From contig OX597822.1 in the NCBI GenBank assembly GCA_951406725.2, positions 96,720,001 to 96,784,000 on the forward strand: a stretch of 64,000 bases of DNA, read 5' to 3'. The notes below the pieces were generated by a model, which ran no database searches, was not told the DNA's origin, and was given only the letters and a program-made list of their open reading frames with translations. Positions 51,037 through 64,000 of the stretch are shown here, piece by piece. This stretch comes from Octopus vulgaris. Lineage: Eukaryota. Each line of letters opens with the position of its first letter. The first letter of the stretch is position 1. Made by a program: the position numbers and the translations under genes.

Positions 51037-53890
51037 TCACAGCGACAATGCTCTTCTCAATACGTGTGACGTACCAGTTAAGACAATCTTTTGCATTTCC
51101 TGCATAGATGGTAAGCCAAACATCATTCTAAAATAATTTTCAGTTTCTTTTTTTATCATTCCAAGTGCTCCTACAATCACTGGTATTATAACTGTCTTGA
51201 GATGCCACATCTTTTCGATTTCGATTAGCAAATCTTTATATTTTCTGAGCTTATCAAATTCTTTTGCCGAGAGATTGTGGTCACAGGGTATGCTCATGTC
51301 AATTAATAAACATACTTTATGGCTTTTGTCTTTCACAACAATATCTGGTTTATTTGCCTTTATGGTCCGGTCTGTACTCACTGGGAAGTTCAAAAGAATA
51401 GTTACATTGTTACATTTTCTCCCTCAGTTACAGCCTTAGGGTGGTACCTGTACCATTTGTCAGCAGTTTTGATTTTATAATGCCGATACATTATCCAATG
51501 TAGATACTGGCCAACTCTGTCATGTCTTGATTTGTACTCTACAGGTGCTAAAACCTTACATCCAGAGATTAGGTGGTCGACTTTTTCTATCTCATCGCTG
51601 CAGTATCAGCACTTGGAGTCTACACCATTTTTCATTACATTAACTTGATAGTTCTGGGTCAATAAGCTCTGATCTTGGGTAGCCAATATAAAGCCTTCAC
51701 TCTCTGCCTTTAGCCCTGAGCTCAGTAGCACTGATGTGTGTGCTTCTGGTCTACATCAGCTTGTTTGCTACGGGCCACATATTTGCTATGCAGAGGTTTT
51801 TGATCCTACCTATCAGTCAATTTCTCAAATGTATTTTGTTTTACTGTTGATGTCACTTTTTTTGCAACAACAGTTGATGCACTTCCCTCATACTGTTCAA
51901 CCTAGGTATTATGCATAAACTCACTTGAAAATTTTTGATCTCCTACATAACAGAATGAAGCTTCTTACGTCTTTCATGGTTTTCATCGTGCTTCAACATC
52001 CTGTCGTTGGATGTCTCAAGATATTTTGTGGTGGTTTTGTAGGAGATTCCAAATTGGATCAAGCCTCGACCTCTTTGAGCTCTAGATAGGTGAAGACGAT
52101 CTGCGTCTGCCTTTGGGAGGTGCATCAGTAGCTTACGGATTTTCCTGTCAATTTTCTTTATTTCGCTCATATTCCAGTTCAACACATTGAAACCGTAAAT
52201 AACAACAGGTGCTAAAACCTTACATCCAGAGATTAGGTGGTCGACTTTTTCTATCTCATCGCTGCAGTATCAGCACTTGGAGTCTACACCATTTTTCATT
52301 ACATTAACTTGATAGTTCTGGGTCAATACGCTCTGATCTTGGGAGCCAATATAAAGCCTTCACTCTCTGTCTTTAGCCCTGAGCTCAATAGCACTGATGG
52401 GTGTGCTTCAGGTCTACATCAGCTTGTTTGCTATGGGCCACATATTGTCTAAGGAATTTATAGCTAACATCTTGTTACGTGCATTTAACTCAGATTTTAG
52501 GACTACTCGAACACTCTTGTAACACTCCTCCCTGATCTCTTTCATATTTGCATGCTGAATGCTAGAGCCTTCATTTATTCCGATGTATTTGTAAGTTTGC
52601 TCCTGTTCGAGTTCTTTTATGACTGTGTCAACACCATTGAATGTGAAGTCTTCAGTTTCCCTTTCTAGAAAGTGGCTTTGACACATTTATCGAAACCAAA
52701 TTCCATCCCAATGTCATCACTGAATGCTTTCACAGTACATAGTAGTCTTTCAAGCTCATTATCGTCTTTGTCATAGAGTTTAAAATCATCTATGTGGAAG
52801 TGGAAGCACTCCGTCGTTTACGACGACGAGGGTTCCGGTTGATCCGAATCAACGGAACAGCCTGCTCGTGAAATTAACGTGTAAGTGGCTGAGCACTCCA
52901 CAGACACGTGTACCCTTAACGTAGTTCTCGGGGATATTCAGCGTGACACAGAGAGTGACAAGGCCGGCCCTTTGAAATACAGGTACAACAGAAACAGGAA
53001 GTAAGAGTGAGAGAAAGTTGTGGTGAAAGAGTACAGCAGGGATCACCACCATCCCCTGCCGGAGCGTCGTGGAGCTTTTAGGTGTTTTCGCTCAATAAAC
53101 ACTCACGACGCCCGGTCTGGGAATCGAAACCGCGATCCTATGACCGCGAGTCCTCTGCCCTAACCACTGGGCCATTGCGCCTCCACCAAAATCATCTATA
53201 TGAAATAGATGACTTATTTTCTCGTCACCAATTTTATATCCATACCCTGTTCTGTTAAGTTCATTTGTAAGAGGTATTAGGGCTATGCAGAAAATTAAAG
53301 GTGAAAGTGAGTCACCTTGGAAAATGTCGCAGTTGATATTAATATTTTTTTGTGATCAGTACTCCATTAGGGTGGTATAGTTAGAGATTCCACATTGAAA
53401 TGTTGTGCTTAGGGAAGTTTGAAATCACAAGAGAAATTTTGAAGATATTTCAAAATCCATAAATCCAAAATCCAAAATCCATAAATACGTAAGCTGTCGA
53501 AGGTCTTTTTATAATCAATCCATGCAGAACTGAGATTTCTATGTATGTTATGACAGTTTTCAAGAGTCATGCGATTGATTAAGAGTTGGTCTTTGCATCC
53601 ATATGAACCTCGTCGGCACCCTTTTTGCTCAGTGGAGAAAATATATTTCTGTTCCATAAATTTGCATGTTTTCTCCGCGAGGATGGAGGTTAAAATTTTA
53701 TACGTGATAGATCGACATGTTATGGGGCCGATAGTTTTGAAGAAATTTAGTTTTCATTATTCTTCAGGAGTGGGTAATACCTCTTGCTAACCAATCAGAT
53801 GTTTTTGTAGGATCTCTGACAATTTCATTGAATAACTCGACTAACTTTTCGTGTGTGCACGGGAGCGAGGCGAGCCAGAAATTTGGTACC
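51037..53890 (-). mobile_element. Decayed R4/Dong-like LINE with a restriction-like endonuclease
   Basis: RT motifs EQKGCRRGSYGCKDQLL, WIDYKKTFDS, FQGDSLSP and a Y.DD region split by SINE-C. The REL domain reads ANKPDIVV..LIDMSIP..KYKDL..PVIVGALG. There is an internal duplication, 51540-51785 vs 52206-52446. Confidence 0.85.
52794..53187 (-). mobile_element. SINE-C inserted in the RT catalytic motif of the R4/Dong LINE
   Basis: TSD AAAATCATCTAT at 52782 and 53188. Confidence 0.9.
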
Positions 53891-54644
53891 CTATCATTAC
53901 TATTATTATTATTATTATTATTGTTGTTGTTGTTGCTGTTGTACCTCTAAAAAGATTATCATTGTTACATTTTATTGTGATAACTTGTGACTAAGTTAAT
54001 TTAGACTATATTGGTCTGATTAAGAGTGTTATATTTTCTTCTTTTTTTCTTTTTTTTTTTTTTGCCCTGCGGGTCAAAAATCACTCGAAAAGAAAATTAA
54101 TTTTCCTTTCAAAATTTGCAAAATTTAATAATATGGCGTCGTCGTCGTATTTGCCAGTGAATCAACAAGAGAGAGAGAAGTGGGTGGAGATGTAGAACGC
54201 GAAATTGTCTTTCGCCGTCACTCGCCCATACTCACTCTAGATATAAATGATAATAGTAGTAGCAGGGGGAATAGCAACAGCAATGACAACAACAAGAACA
54301 TCCACAGTGGAAGTATCAGGAGTGATGATAATTCGATCAAGGAAGCACGAAATATAACTAATAGCAACCAATTGTAGAAGGAAAATATCACCACCACCAT
54401 CACTACGATCACCACACAAATCAGTATAATTTCGAACAAAGAAAGAGAATGGTCAAATAGAAATAACATTTCCTTCGCAAAAGTTACAAATAAGTTTGAA
54501 ATTATGTCGTTAAAGGATCCGGAAGAACATTTAAAGTAAGCTGAGCGGATTATAAGACGTGAAGAAAGAAATGCCACACCAAATATGCTTCAAAATCTGC
54601 ATCAGAAAAGAAAAAAACAAACATGTACAGATGTCAGTTTATGA

Positions 54645-55148
54645 AAAAAAGACTGGAAAAAAATACCATCAGGCCAAGCTGAGCTCTGCCTGAAAAATAT
54701 TTGGGAGGATGTCAGCTTTGTCTGTCACGCCCCAAAGTTCACCTACATCAAGGTCATATTCCAGTCGGAATCATTAGCACAAAAACACTCAACAGTCCCA
54801 TTAAAAACAGAGGAGTTCACTTTAATTCCCATCTATCTGAGACGGAGAGTGATCCGAATAAAAATAAGTACCATGCCACCAGAAATCGATTTCTGCTGGG
54901 TAGTGAAAGCCATGGTGCTGGAAGATCCTAGAAGCATCCTAGAAATCCCAAAATCCAAAAATGAGAACTGGGTTGGGACAGGGTTGGAAATTCTACTGCA
55001 AGTAAAATCAGAAACTGTAGAGAAAATTGCTGACCTAATATAAATCCCTGGAGGTCAGCATCTGCTGGTGGTTGTGGAAGAAAGAAGGCCGCGATGTTAC
55101 TTCTGTGGCGATTCAGGTCACATCAGAATCTATTGCCCAAAGGATTAA
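54645..55148 (+). pseudogene. Decayed Tx1/L1-like ORF1 with a CCHC knuckle, distant homolog of the ORF1-only element protein
   Basis: One frame reads WEDVSFVCHAPKFTYIKVIFQSESLAQKHSTVPLKTEEFTLIPIYLRRRVIRIKISTMPPEIDFCWV...ADLI*IPGGQHLLVVVEERRPRCYFCGDSGHIRIYCPKD*, which is colinear with the 403-aa protein. Confidence 0.7.
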
Positions 55149-55402
55149 TGGCTCGGTCATATTACTGACTCTTGTGCTGCAACGCATTGAGCCAACACGT
55201 TGGAAGCTTCATATGACTCCGCCTATGAGTCATACCCTGCCGTACATCTATCACTATAATCATTGACACACGTTGCTCCAATATCCACCAAAAAAAATCA
55301 AACCTTTTTTAGATTAACTCGATAATTTTGACTTGTTTAACGGGCAAATCTACCACTGTGCTATGTTTGAATTTTTCGTGATTTTTTTCAAGCAACAGTT
55401 TC

Positions 55403-57923
55403 TTGCTTTTAGAAAATCGTTATAAAAACATGAAAAGACCATTAACTATGAAAGAAATTGGAGCAGAAGGGCGAAAAAGGCGCGAGTTGGAGGCAGAAGA
55501 ATCTAAGAAGTTGAGCAAAGTCTTCATGTCCCGCTTTGTAAAACATGCCGAGAGTTCTTCAACACCTACCAAGAGGTCGCACGGAGTTCAACCGCGCATT
55601 TTATTGTCCAATACTGCTTCGTGTAACAGTCCACCTCAAACCGATGCAGAAGACAATTGTCTTAAGTCTGACAACGGTGAAAACAAATCTGAAATCAATA
55701 TGGTCGAAAACGCTAACACTGCACTTGAAGAAGTGATCGAACAGCATGACATTGGGCTCCTTAATTTTGACACGAATACCGGGAAGGCGATAGTTTCTGA
55801 ATATTGGAGGATAGAAATAGTTAATCTAGGCTGGAAATATTTTCAGAATTGGGAAAGACCTTTCTTGCCAACAAATAACTGATCAATGAATAAAAACTGG
55901 TTCGAAAGAAAATTGAGAAATGGTCGAGGTGAGGAGATTGTTCGCTCATGGCTACTCTATTTCCTTTCATAAGAAGTCTGCATTATGTTTGTGTTGTCTA
56001 CTTTTTTTCCGATCAGATTATCAATCGTCATTAGAACAGGAAAGCGGATTTTACCAGTGGAAAGCGCCTGAACGAATGTTGGTTCATGAAAACGCTAAGA
56101 ATCATCGAGATAGTTTCACACAATGGAAAGAAATGGAAAGAAATCTTACTAACAAGTGTTTCATAGACGCTGCTCTTAAGTCACAAATCGACCATGAAAA
56201 GCAAAGATGACGTGATGTTTTGACAAGAATTCTACATTGCATTAAATTTCTTGCAACTCAGAATTTGGCTTTGCGAGGTCATAGGGAATCCCTTCTGTGG
56301 ACTGAAGACTCAAATGTTGGTAATTTTCTTGGTTTGCTCAAGCTTTTGGCCACTTTGATCCCGTCATGAAAGAACACCTTCGCTATGTAGAGAGTCACCC
56401 TGGATCGACATCTTACTTTTCACCCGATGTTCAGAATGAATTTATTTACCTCATAGCATCAGCCGTTCGTCATAATCTGCTAAAGAGCATTCGCAGAGCC
56501 AAGTATTATGGTCTCATGTTCGACACAACCCCTGATAGAGTCATAGTGATCAGATTCCGCTGGTAGTAAGGTATGTTGAAGTTGACTTCAAAAGAAAGCG
56601 CGTTCGGGTGAAAGAAACCTCCTCGGGTTCATTCAGGCGGGCGAAAAGGATGCAGAGAGTTTAGTTGATGTAATTTTGAAGTAGTTGGCCGATGACGACA
56701 TGTCATTGGAAGAGTGTATATCCTAGTGCTATGATAATGCAGCTGTGATGACTGGGTACAGAAGCAGGGTCCAGTAGAGAATCAACGAAAAGAACAAATT
56801 GGCCCTATTCGTAAATTGTGACAACCATTCGTTAAACTTAATCGGCCTACCCGCAGCTAAACACGAGTTGGTGGTGTCTGTTTTTTTGGGGTTTTTTTGG
56901 CGCAATCAAAACACTCTAAGTATTCTTTTTTCGTTCAACACACCGCTGGGAAAAATTGAAGGCCATAATGCTTGTGGTTCTTAAGTCGCAATCTGAAACG
57001 AGATGGAATGCCCGGTTGGATGCAGTTAAAAACGTAAGAAACTACCTCGATGAAATTCTACAAGTTCTTCAAGACAACGTCGATGATGAAAACGCGACAA
57101 CTGAGACACGGTACGACGCTAACTTGCTGTTTAACCGTATACTCCATCATGAATTATTCGCATTGCTTGGTTTCTGGAATAGCGTCCTCATACGGATCGA
57201 TCGTGTTCAAAAGAGGCTTCAGGATCCGACAATGAATTTCCATGATGCATCTTTCGACTTGAAAGGTCTCTGCGACTATGTTATTGCTTCAAGAGAAGAT
57301 TTAGTGGCTGATTCACTCGAAGAAGGACTGAGCATTTGCAGAAGGTGGCAAGTTGACGTCAAGCCATGTCGAAGATCTCAACGTGTCATTCACGATGTTT
57401 CCATCAATGCTAAGCTGACAGCAAAAAATAACATGCGAAGAACAATGACTGGGGCGAGGTTTTCCCGGCTACACGATCTTGACACCAAATTTGGCTTCGT
57501 TTTCGATGTCCAGTTTCTGCGTAATGCAATACATTTGGAAACGTCTACAGCAACGATATCGATGCAACCGAACTTTTCGAAGAAATCCTCGATTGCAGAA
57601 TGCTACTTGCAGGTCGCGAACACCTCCAAATATCAAATCCTAAAGAGCTTCTCCAATTTATCGTCCAATATGGAGATGAAAGTGTGTTCCCTAACATTCG
57701 CGTCGCGATACAGATTCTGTTGACAGTTGCTGTTTCCATTGCTGGTTGTGAGAGATCTTTCAGCAAGCTGAACCTGACCATGTCCTTCCTGCGAGCTTCT
57801 ATAACACAAGGAAGACTCCGTGACCTCGCATTGCTTAGCATCGAGCGAGAAGTGGAGAACACCAGTTTCGATTGTATCATTGACAACTTTGCGTCGAAGA
57901 AAGCTAGAAGTGCACTCCTTTAA
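55403..57923 (+). pseudogene. Decayed hAT transposase (ZMYM1-like group)
   Basis: Motifs NLALRGHRES, SYFSPDVQNEFI, YYGLMFDTTPD, VNCDNHSLNL, SETRWNAR and the dimerisation motif VFPNIRVAIQILLTVAVSIAGCERSFSKL..RLRDLALLSIERE, with many stops and frameshifts. Confidence 0.85.
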
Positions 57924-58029
57924 AATAGTCAATGCCTACTTTCTGAATAAATAAATTTTATGAATATTTTCTGACTAAATAACTGTTTCGTTTCCTCTTT
58001 AAAATGGGTCGGATGGGTTAGGTTTGGAA

Positions 58030-58535
58030 ATTGCGTGGGGCGCGCAAATTTGGCCGAGAAGGAAAGGCAGTTTTTCTGTCTGGTGACTATGACGAAAGAG
58101 GTTGTATGGCGGATGCGATTGAAAGGGTTGAAGATAGGTACCTTCCTCTTTGGCCAAGGCTTCATTGACTTTTTCAGGTTCCACCTGAAAAGTGAGACTG
58201 GAGAGGGAGTCGCTGTCACCCGGTAAGTTTGTCGAAAGGTGGGTGAATGTAGCAAGGGTGGCCCGTGTGAATGGGCCTAATCTAAGTATGTGCCTGTAGG
58301 CCGGATGGAGAGAGAAGCCTACCTGAGATGCCTTAGTGTTAGGGGCCCAAACTGGGTAAGGTTGCTTTGGTCACTTCTCGGTATATCTCTCCCTATTTGG
58401 GAATTATATATTGTTGGGTAATTTTCCTGGTTAATTGTTGCTTTGCTGTTTACACATAAAACCTCACTGTCCCTTGTCTGTGTACTGTCTATTATGTTTT
58501 GTGTTCGGTCGTTGCGACCAATAAAGAAAGTATTG
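58030..58535 (+). mobile_element. 3' end of a Tx1/L1-like LINE (ORF2 C-terminus plus 3' UTR)
   Basis: FFCLVTMTKEVVWRMRLKGL...FIDFFRFHLK, then after a shift ERESLSPGKFVERWVNVARV, resembles Tx1-clade ORF2 C-termini. The UTR ends with a GGTCG-TTG-CGACC hairpin followed by AATAAAGAAA. Confidence 0.6.
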
Positions 58536-58560
58536 TTATTATTATTATCATTATTACTAA

Positions 58561-58772
58561 GGCGGCGAGCTGGTAGAATCGTTAGCTCGTCGGGCAAAAT
58601 GCTTAGCGGCATTTCGTCCGTCTTTACGTTCTGAGTTCAAATTCCGTCGAGGTCGATTTTTCCCTTTCATCCTTTCGGGGTCATAAATTAAGTACCAGTT
58701 GCGTATTGGGATCGACCTAATCGACTGCCCCCCACCCACAAATTTCAGGCCTTGTGCCTATAGTAGAAAGGA
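58561..58772 (+). mobile_element. SINE-B variant with a different 3' tail
   Basis: Same head and core, but the tail reads AAATTTCAGGCCTTGTGCCTATAGTAGAAAGG. Confidence 0.8.
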
Positions 58773-59108
58773 TTTTTTAAATTTTATTTTGTTAGTCTTG
58801 TTTACAGGCGAAACCCTCATAACACACACTCACACACATACACACACACACACACATATTCTTTGTTTTGTCATGTGCTGTCCATAATGTTTTTCTTAAT
58901 GTAAGCCTTCGTGGTTAGTAAAGAAATCATTATTACTATAGTCTGTGATTTACTCTTCTTTAGGCACGAAGAAAGAGGATAATATCTAATGTTCTTGGAT
59001 AAAAAGCATTCATTAACTGCAAAAACTATATATATATATATATATTAGGTCAGATATTCCCTGGGCATAGATATTGCTGCCTCGTGTAATTTCTGTCCTT
59101 CCTGGCTT

Positions 59109-59219
59109 CTTTACCGATGAGCGCGTAGCCTTTTGGAAGATTGACTTGATTAAGTTTAATTTAATTTAATCAGGCTGGTTTGCCATTAAAAAAACGCCGA
59201 AACAATGCATTGTCTAAAG
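59109..59219 (+). ncRNA. Hammerhead motif with an extended stem II (CCGATGA variant)
   Basis: CTTTA-CCGATGA-GCGCG..CGCC-GAAA-CAATGCATTG-TC-TAAAG. Confidence 0.65.
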
Positions 59220-59348
59220 ATGAATAGGGTAAATGTTTTTTTTAATTTTCCTTAAATTTCGGAATTACTACTATTTGCGGTTGGAGTCATAGCTGCTCTT
59301 TCTAGGGGGTCGAACGGCCTATTGTGGCCGTTCCTCAATTGTTGTTGA

Positions 59349-59405
<57 letters not shown>

Positions 59406-60772
59406 AACAAAGATTGAAACCGAGACGGCAGTCTCGTTCTAGAAACAAATTTTGTAACTATGACTGATATTGGTATACATTTTAAAGTAAAAACGATACT
59501 CAAAAGAAATATAAATAGCTAAGAATGAAAGATCGGTGCAATGATAACGTATGATGCTGCCATTTTGATTTATAGAGTTCGTTTTATTTAATCGATACTG
59601 TAAAAGCATATCTTCTTCTTCGCCTTGTTTTACTCAATGACACGATTTTAAAATCGTTCAAAGGCAAGAATACTAATGAGAATTTTTAATTTTCCAGGTA
59701 ATCATATGGGTTTAAGATTTGTTGGGGTAAAAGCAGAAGTGTATTACTTTAATATAATTTTTATTCCTAAAAGCATTAACGACGTAAACGAAGTGAAATA
59801 GGTTCCATCGCATAGGAATCAAAACTGGGTCATGGATGCAGATTCTGAAGAAAAAAAAGGTTACCGGAGTTCAATCGATTGTTAAAACGTTGAGAATGGT
59901 TCGTTCGCTCGATTGTTGAAATTAGATATCTTGATTGTATTAATAGTATCTAGTGATCGAGTAGAAATTTTCAAAAGGAAAAATGTCATTCGAATAACAA
60001 AAGATTTATCGCTTGCTTTTGTTTAAAAAAAAAATAATAATAATAATCATAAATCATAGTTGCCTCGTTTTGATATTCATCTTTTTTTTTTCTATGTAGT
60101 TATTTACATTAAATGGCCGATACTTCAAACGAAATTTTAGCTGACTCGCATGAGTGAATTTTTATTAAAATATCCATGATTTTCCCGTCTTTTAAGAGAA
60201 TTTCACTTGTCACTGTCGTCTGCTTTTGTTGTTTTGTTCTCTTCGTTTAAATTAGTTTTTGACATTTCATTCACTGCCGCCCTTCCATTTGTGTTCTTCA
60301 AAGTGTTTGACGATAATGAAATGTGGAGCCATCAGTTTTGTTCATTTTCTTCGTGTCTTTTGTTATTTGCCCCACCCCATCCTTCGCCGACACCTAAATT
60401 CGCCTCCATTACATACGCAACTGATCGTTCTTGTGCATATTTTTTCTTCACAATGAAACAATGAAGGTAATATTGCGCAAATATTTGTAACGAATCTCTC
60501 TCATTCACTTTCTCCTTACCCTGCTCTCTGTCTTTCTATGTGTGTGTGTGTGTGTGTGTACACCTTCTTTTCACCCTCTCTCCTTTTCTCTCTTTTGCTA
60601 CCTTTGTCTAAATTTCTGCTCATTAATTTTCTCTCGGGTATGTTTTGCCTTCGTTGTGAGTTTGGCATATAGGATTATTTATGGAGATTCCTTTAGCTAT
60701 GTGATGGAATGCATATCTACAATTCTACACCAGATGTAGCAACTGAGTGTACATACCTATACGCACGCATGC

Positions 60773-60816
<44 letters not shown>

Positions 60817-61401
60817 CATAAATGAGGGCAAACGAAAAAATTTCTAATGCCAAATATGCCGAAAAATTGGGACATATTGTCCATTAACCATATACATTTT
60901 TCACAATACGCACGCTACTCGAAAAAAGGTCGACAGACATTTCTAAAAAATTCATTATTACCATATCGGACCGATTTCAGAGTTAGCTACTAAGAGCCCT
61001 CTCTTCGTCAGTGATACATGTGGCAAAAGAAATAAATGCGATACTTACTCATACCAACACCCAGTTCAATTACAGGCTAACTGGATTTCAATAGAAATTT
61101 ATAATGGGCTCCATAGGGGTGTTGGGCTATTATTTGATAAAATGAGAAGGGTGCAAGAAGTGATAGCGTCAAGGAAATGTGGTGGTATAGTGAGTGTGGC
61201 ATATATCAGGGAATGGGAAACAGCGTTGTTCAAACGCTCACGCGCGCGCGCATGCATGCATATATATGTATTTATGGATGGATGCATGCATGCATGCATG
61301 ACAAATATGGAGTGGCAGTGAGATGAGAACGTTAATACAGCTGTAATTCACGGATATACACGCGATGCAGCTTACATACTTTCGTAAATGCATAGATACA
61401 T

Positions 61402-61434
<33 letters not shown>

Positions 61435-61785
61435 CACATACACATAATTAACTTTTAAAACCCCGAGGAAGGGAAATAAAGGTGGGTGTGAGGAATACGT
61501 AACTTTAAGGAGAGAGGGGTAGGTAGCTTTTCTACTGCCCATCGCAAAGAAACAGTCTAACACAGATACATACATACGTACATATATACATACATACATA
61601 CTTACATACATACATACCTACATACATACTTACATACTTACATACATGCATACATACATACATACATACATACATACATACTTACATACATACTTACATA
61701 CATACATACACACATACATACACACATACATACATACATACATACATACAATTTTTTCAACTCTTGATTAGCTGTGTACATTTGT

Positions 61786-61833
<48 letters not shown>

Positions 61834-62454
61834 CGTCCTATAGCTGTCTGTCTCTCTACTTTTGTACTGTCTTCCCTGTTGCTGTAAAAAAGTGTGAGAT
61901 TTGAAAATTACGTCAGAATTTTCAAAATTGGTATATTGAAATAATCTTCCACATTAAATGAACTTCTAAAGAACTTCTAAAGTTTGGATAAGTTTTAATG
62001 AATAAAGTCATGTGAAACAGTCCAAGAGGCATGTAAATAATTTAAAAAGGAAAAAATCCTCAACGGAGATTTTTTGCGAAAAATTGCACAAATCTGTTCT
62101 GATCAAGAGGCCTATCTCTCGGGGAAAGCATGGTCATATAAGACATTCTGTTGTAAAAATTGCCCGGCAACGATGGGCTATTCAGCTTGTTCAAACGCAC
62201 ACGCGCGCGCGCATACATGCATATGTATGTATTTATGGATGGATGGATGCATGCATGCATGCATGTCATTATTCAGTTTTATTCCAAGATTTCTTGCCAA
62301 TAGAGAAAGAGCCGGTTTCTAACCTAGATCCAAGGCTCCTTCATTGGAATTTCAACATCAACAACAGGGTATGTATGTATGTATGTATGTATGTATGTAT
62401 GTATGTATGTATGTATGTATGCATGTATGTATGTATGTATATATGGTGTAACAC

Positions 62455-62715
62455 ACCATACTAATCATATCTGTCGGGCATGTGGAAGAGAGTGTAATTC
62501 GGCAGGAGGACTTAAACAACATGCAAAGGTACATGAAGCCCAGTTACAACTACAGCCGGCTATTACCAGTAAAGGTCTTAGTTGCCAATTTTGTACAAGA
62601 CATTGTAGATCTTTAGCTGGGCTAAAAAGTCACATTCGATCACAGCACCAGTAACAGTTAAGCTTCGTGCAATGGCCATACTCGATAACGAGGGGGCAGC
62701 CATAATGTATGTATG
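62455..62715 (+). mobile_element. RTE LINE 3' end fragment in (ATGT)n
   Basis: CRACGRECNSAGGLKQH..CQFCTRHCRSLAGLKSHIRSQH*, then a CTCGATAACGAG stem-loop and an ATGT tail. Confidence 0.7.
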
Positions 62716-62819
62716 TGGTGATTTGTATGTTTTATGTATGTATTCTCATGCATATAGCTGCATATCTAGACATTCTCATATATATCTAAATGATAAACTT
62801 CTGGAATATTTTACAGGTT

Positions 62820-63880
62820 TGTACAGTTAAAGTGATGGACTGGATCAGTAGTCTCCGAATTAGCTTTCTCCTTTCTGGTCTCGAGAAGCCTAATTTCTCA
62901 AGATTGGTATTTAGGCAGTGTTACATATCCCCGTGCCCCAATAAACCTGAACTTGCAATCTGGATAGAGTAACTGCAGATTTCTCAGTAGTTCGGCATAG
63001 GTATTCTCCTTTTCACTGATCTTCAGTTTTATGTTAACATCCTCTAGTCAGCGAATTTCCCCAACTGGACATAGTTTCTCTTCTCTGTCCCAAATCATTA
63101 TATCAGGTTTGTTGTGCTTACATTTCATTGAGGTCTTCACTGAAACTTTTCACCAGTACTCCTTCTATTATGAGTGACTATGGCTTCTACCATATTATGG
63201 GTTCTTATTTCTTTGTTCTCGGGAGAATCCTTCCGACGAATTTCATCATAGAGTGTCCTCGCTACATCATGTCTCATCGGTAGATAATACCGTGATGATA
63301 TCTTCGGATAACTGCTTATGATGTGGGTGATATCTTCGGTGTTAACTCCACAAAGTCTACATCGGTTGTCACATTTTACTGCTTTTCCTGTATCTCTATT
63401 CCTTTTGTACATCAGGTATTTGGTTGATATTTCCTGCTCCTGGATTACAAACGCATATCCTTCAAAGTGGGTGGTAGTAATCCGCTTATTGATCCATAAT
63501 AGACTGCTTTGGTGATCAATGTTACTATCATCTCGGAGCTTTCTACTAACATGCCCATGCATAGTCTTCTGCTCATATATGCTCATCCTTTCATCTGATA
63601 ATACATTGCGGTAGAATCGTGCGACTTTAAGGTTATTAGACAAGGAATGTTACTCAAGGAGCTGCCTTCCAACTCTTATGATGTTATCAGCTTCATGTAT
63701 GCAATCTTGGTCAAGGAATGCACTTCGACACTTGGTAGTTAAAAGATGTTGCCGAATGGATATGATACGACGTTCAAAGGCATTTTGGATCGATGTTAAA
63801 CATCTGCCGGCTTGTTTCCGTTTCAGGTAGAGGTGGTCTACGTCACTGTTTATGTGATAATTATGTGTGCTTATTAATAT
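62820..63880 (-). mobile_element. Second R4/Dong-like LINE relic (3' half)
   Basis: LYLKRKQAGRCL, EGYAFVIQEQEI, CRLCGVNTEDITHIIS..MRHD and KHNKPDIMIWD. Confidence 0.8.
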
Positions 63881-63885
63881 TTTCC

Positions 63886-64000
63886 GGCGGCGAGCTGGCA
63901 GAAACGTTTGCATGCTGGGCGAAATGCTTAGCGGTATTTCGTCTGCCGTTACGTTCTGAGTTCAAATTCCGCCGAGGTCGACTTTGCCTTTCACCCTTTC
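63886..64000 (+). mobile_element. SINE-B (runs off the window)
   Basis: Head and start of the core. Confidence 0.85.

Noticed and set aside
62379-62654. C2H2 zinc-finger host gene exon
   Set aside because: It is followed directly by an RTE-type 3' stem-loop and an (ATGT)n tail, so it fits a LINE C-terminus.

Overview
This is an AT-rich, microsatellite-saturated animal genomic window with no recognisable host gene. Its SINE and microsatellite content resembles an octopus genome (my inference). Nearly all ORFs in the supplied track are translated (TA)n/(CA)n/(TAGA)n repeats. The real content is nested mobile DNA: three tRNA-derived SINE families (called A, B and C here), decayed RTE, R4/Dong and Tx1/L1-like LINEs, hAT, mariner and maT transposon relics, MITEs and a non-autonomous Helitron. 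Two things stand out. (1) Two diverged 2.1-2.4 kb elements (35672-37779 and 41764-44189) encode only a CCHC zinc-knuckle ORF1-like protein, with no RT, endonuclease or LTR. Both split the tRNA-like head of a SINE-A copy at the same site (TGGT^AAGTAGCTTG), and both have conserved structured UTRs. (2) About 15-20 minimal hammerhead-ribozyme motifs of the Penelope type, from several unrelated short repeat families, mostly sit in or next to (TA)n tracts, often in tandem or inverted arrangements. All family assignments come from motif recognition by eye; no searches were run.
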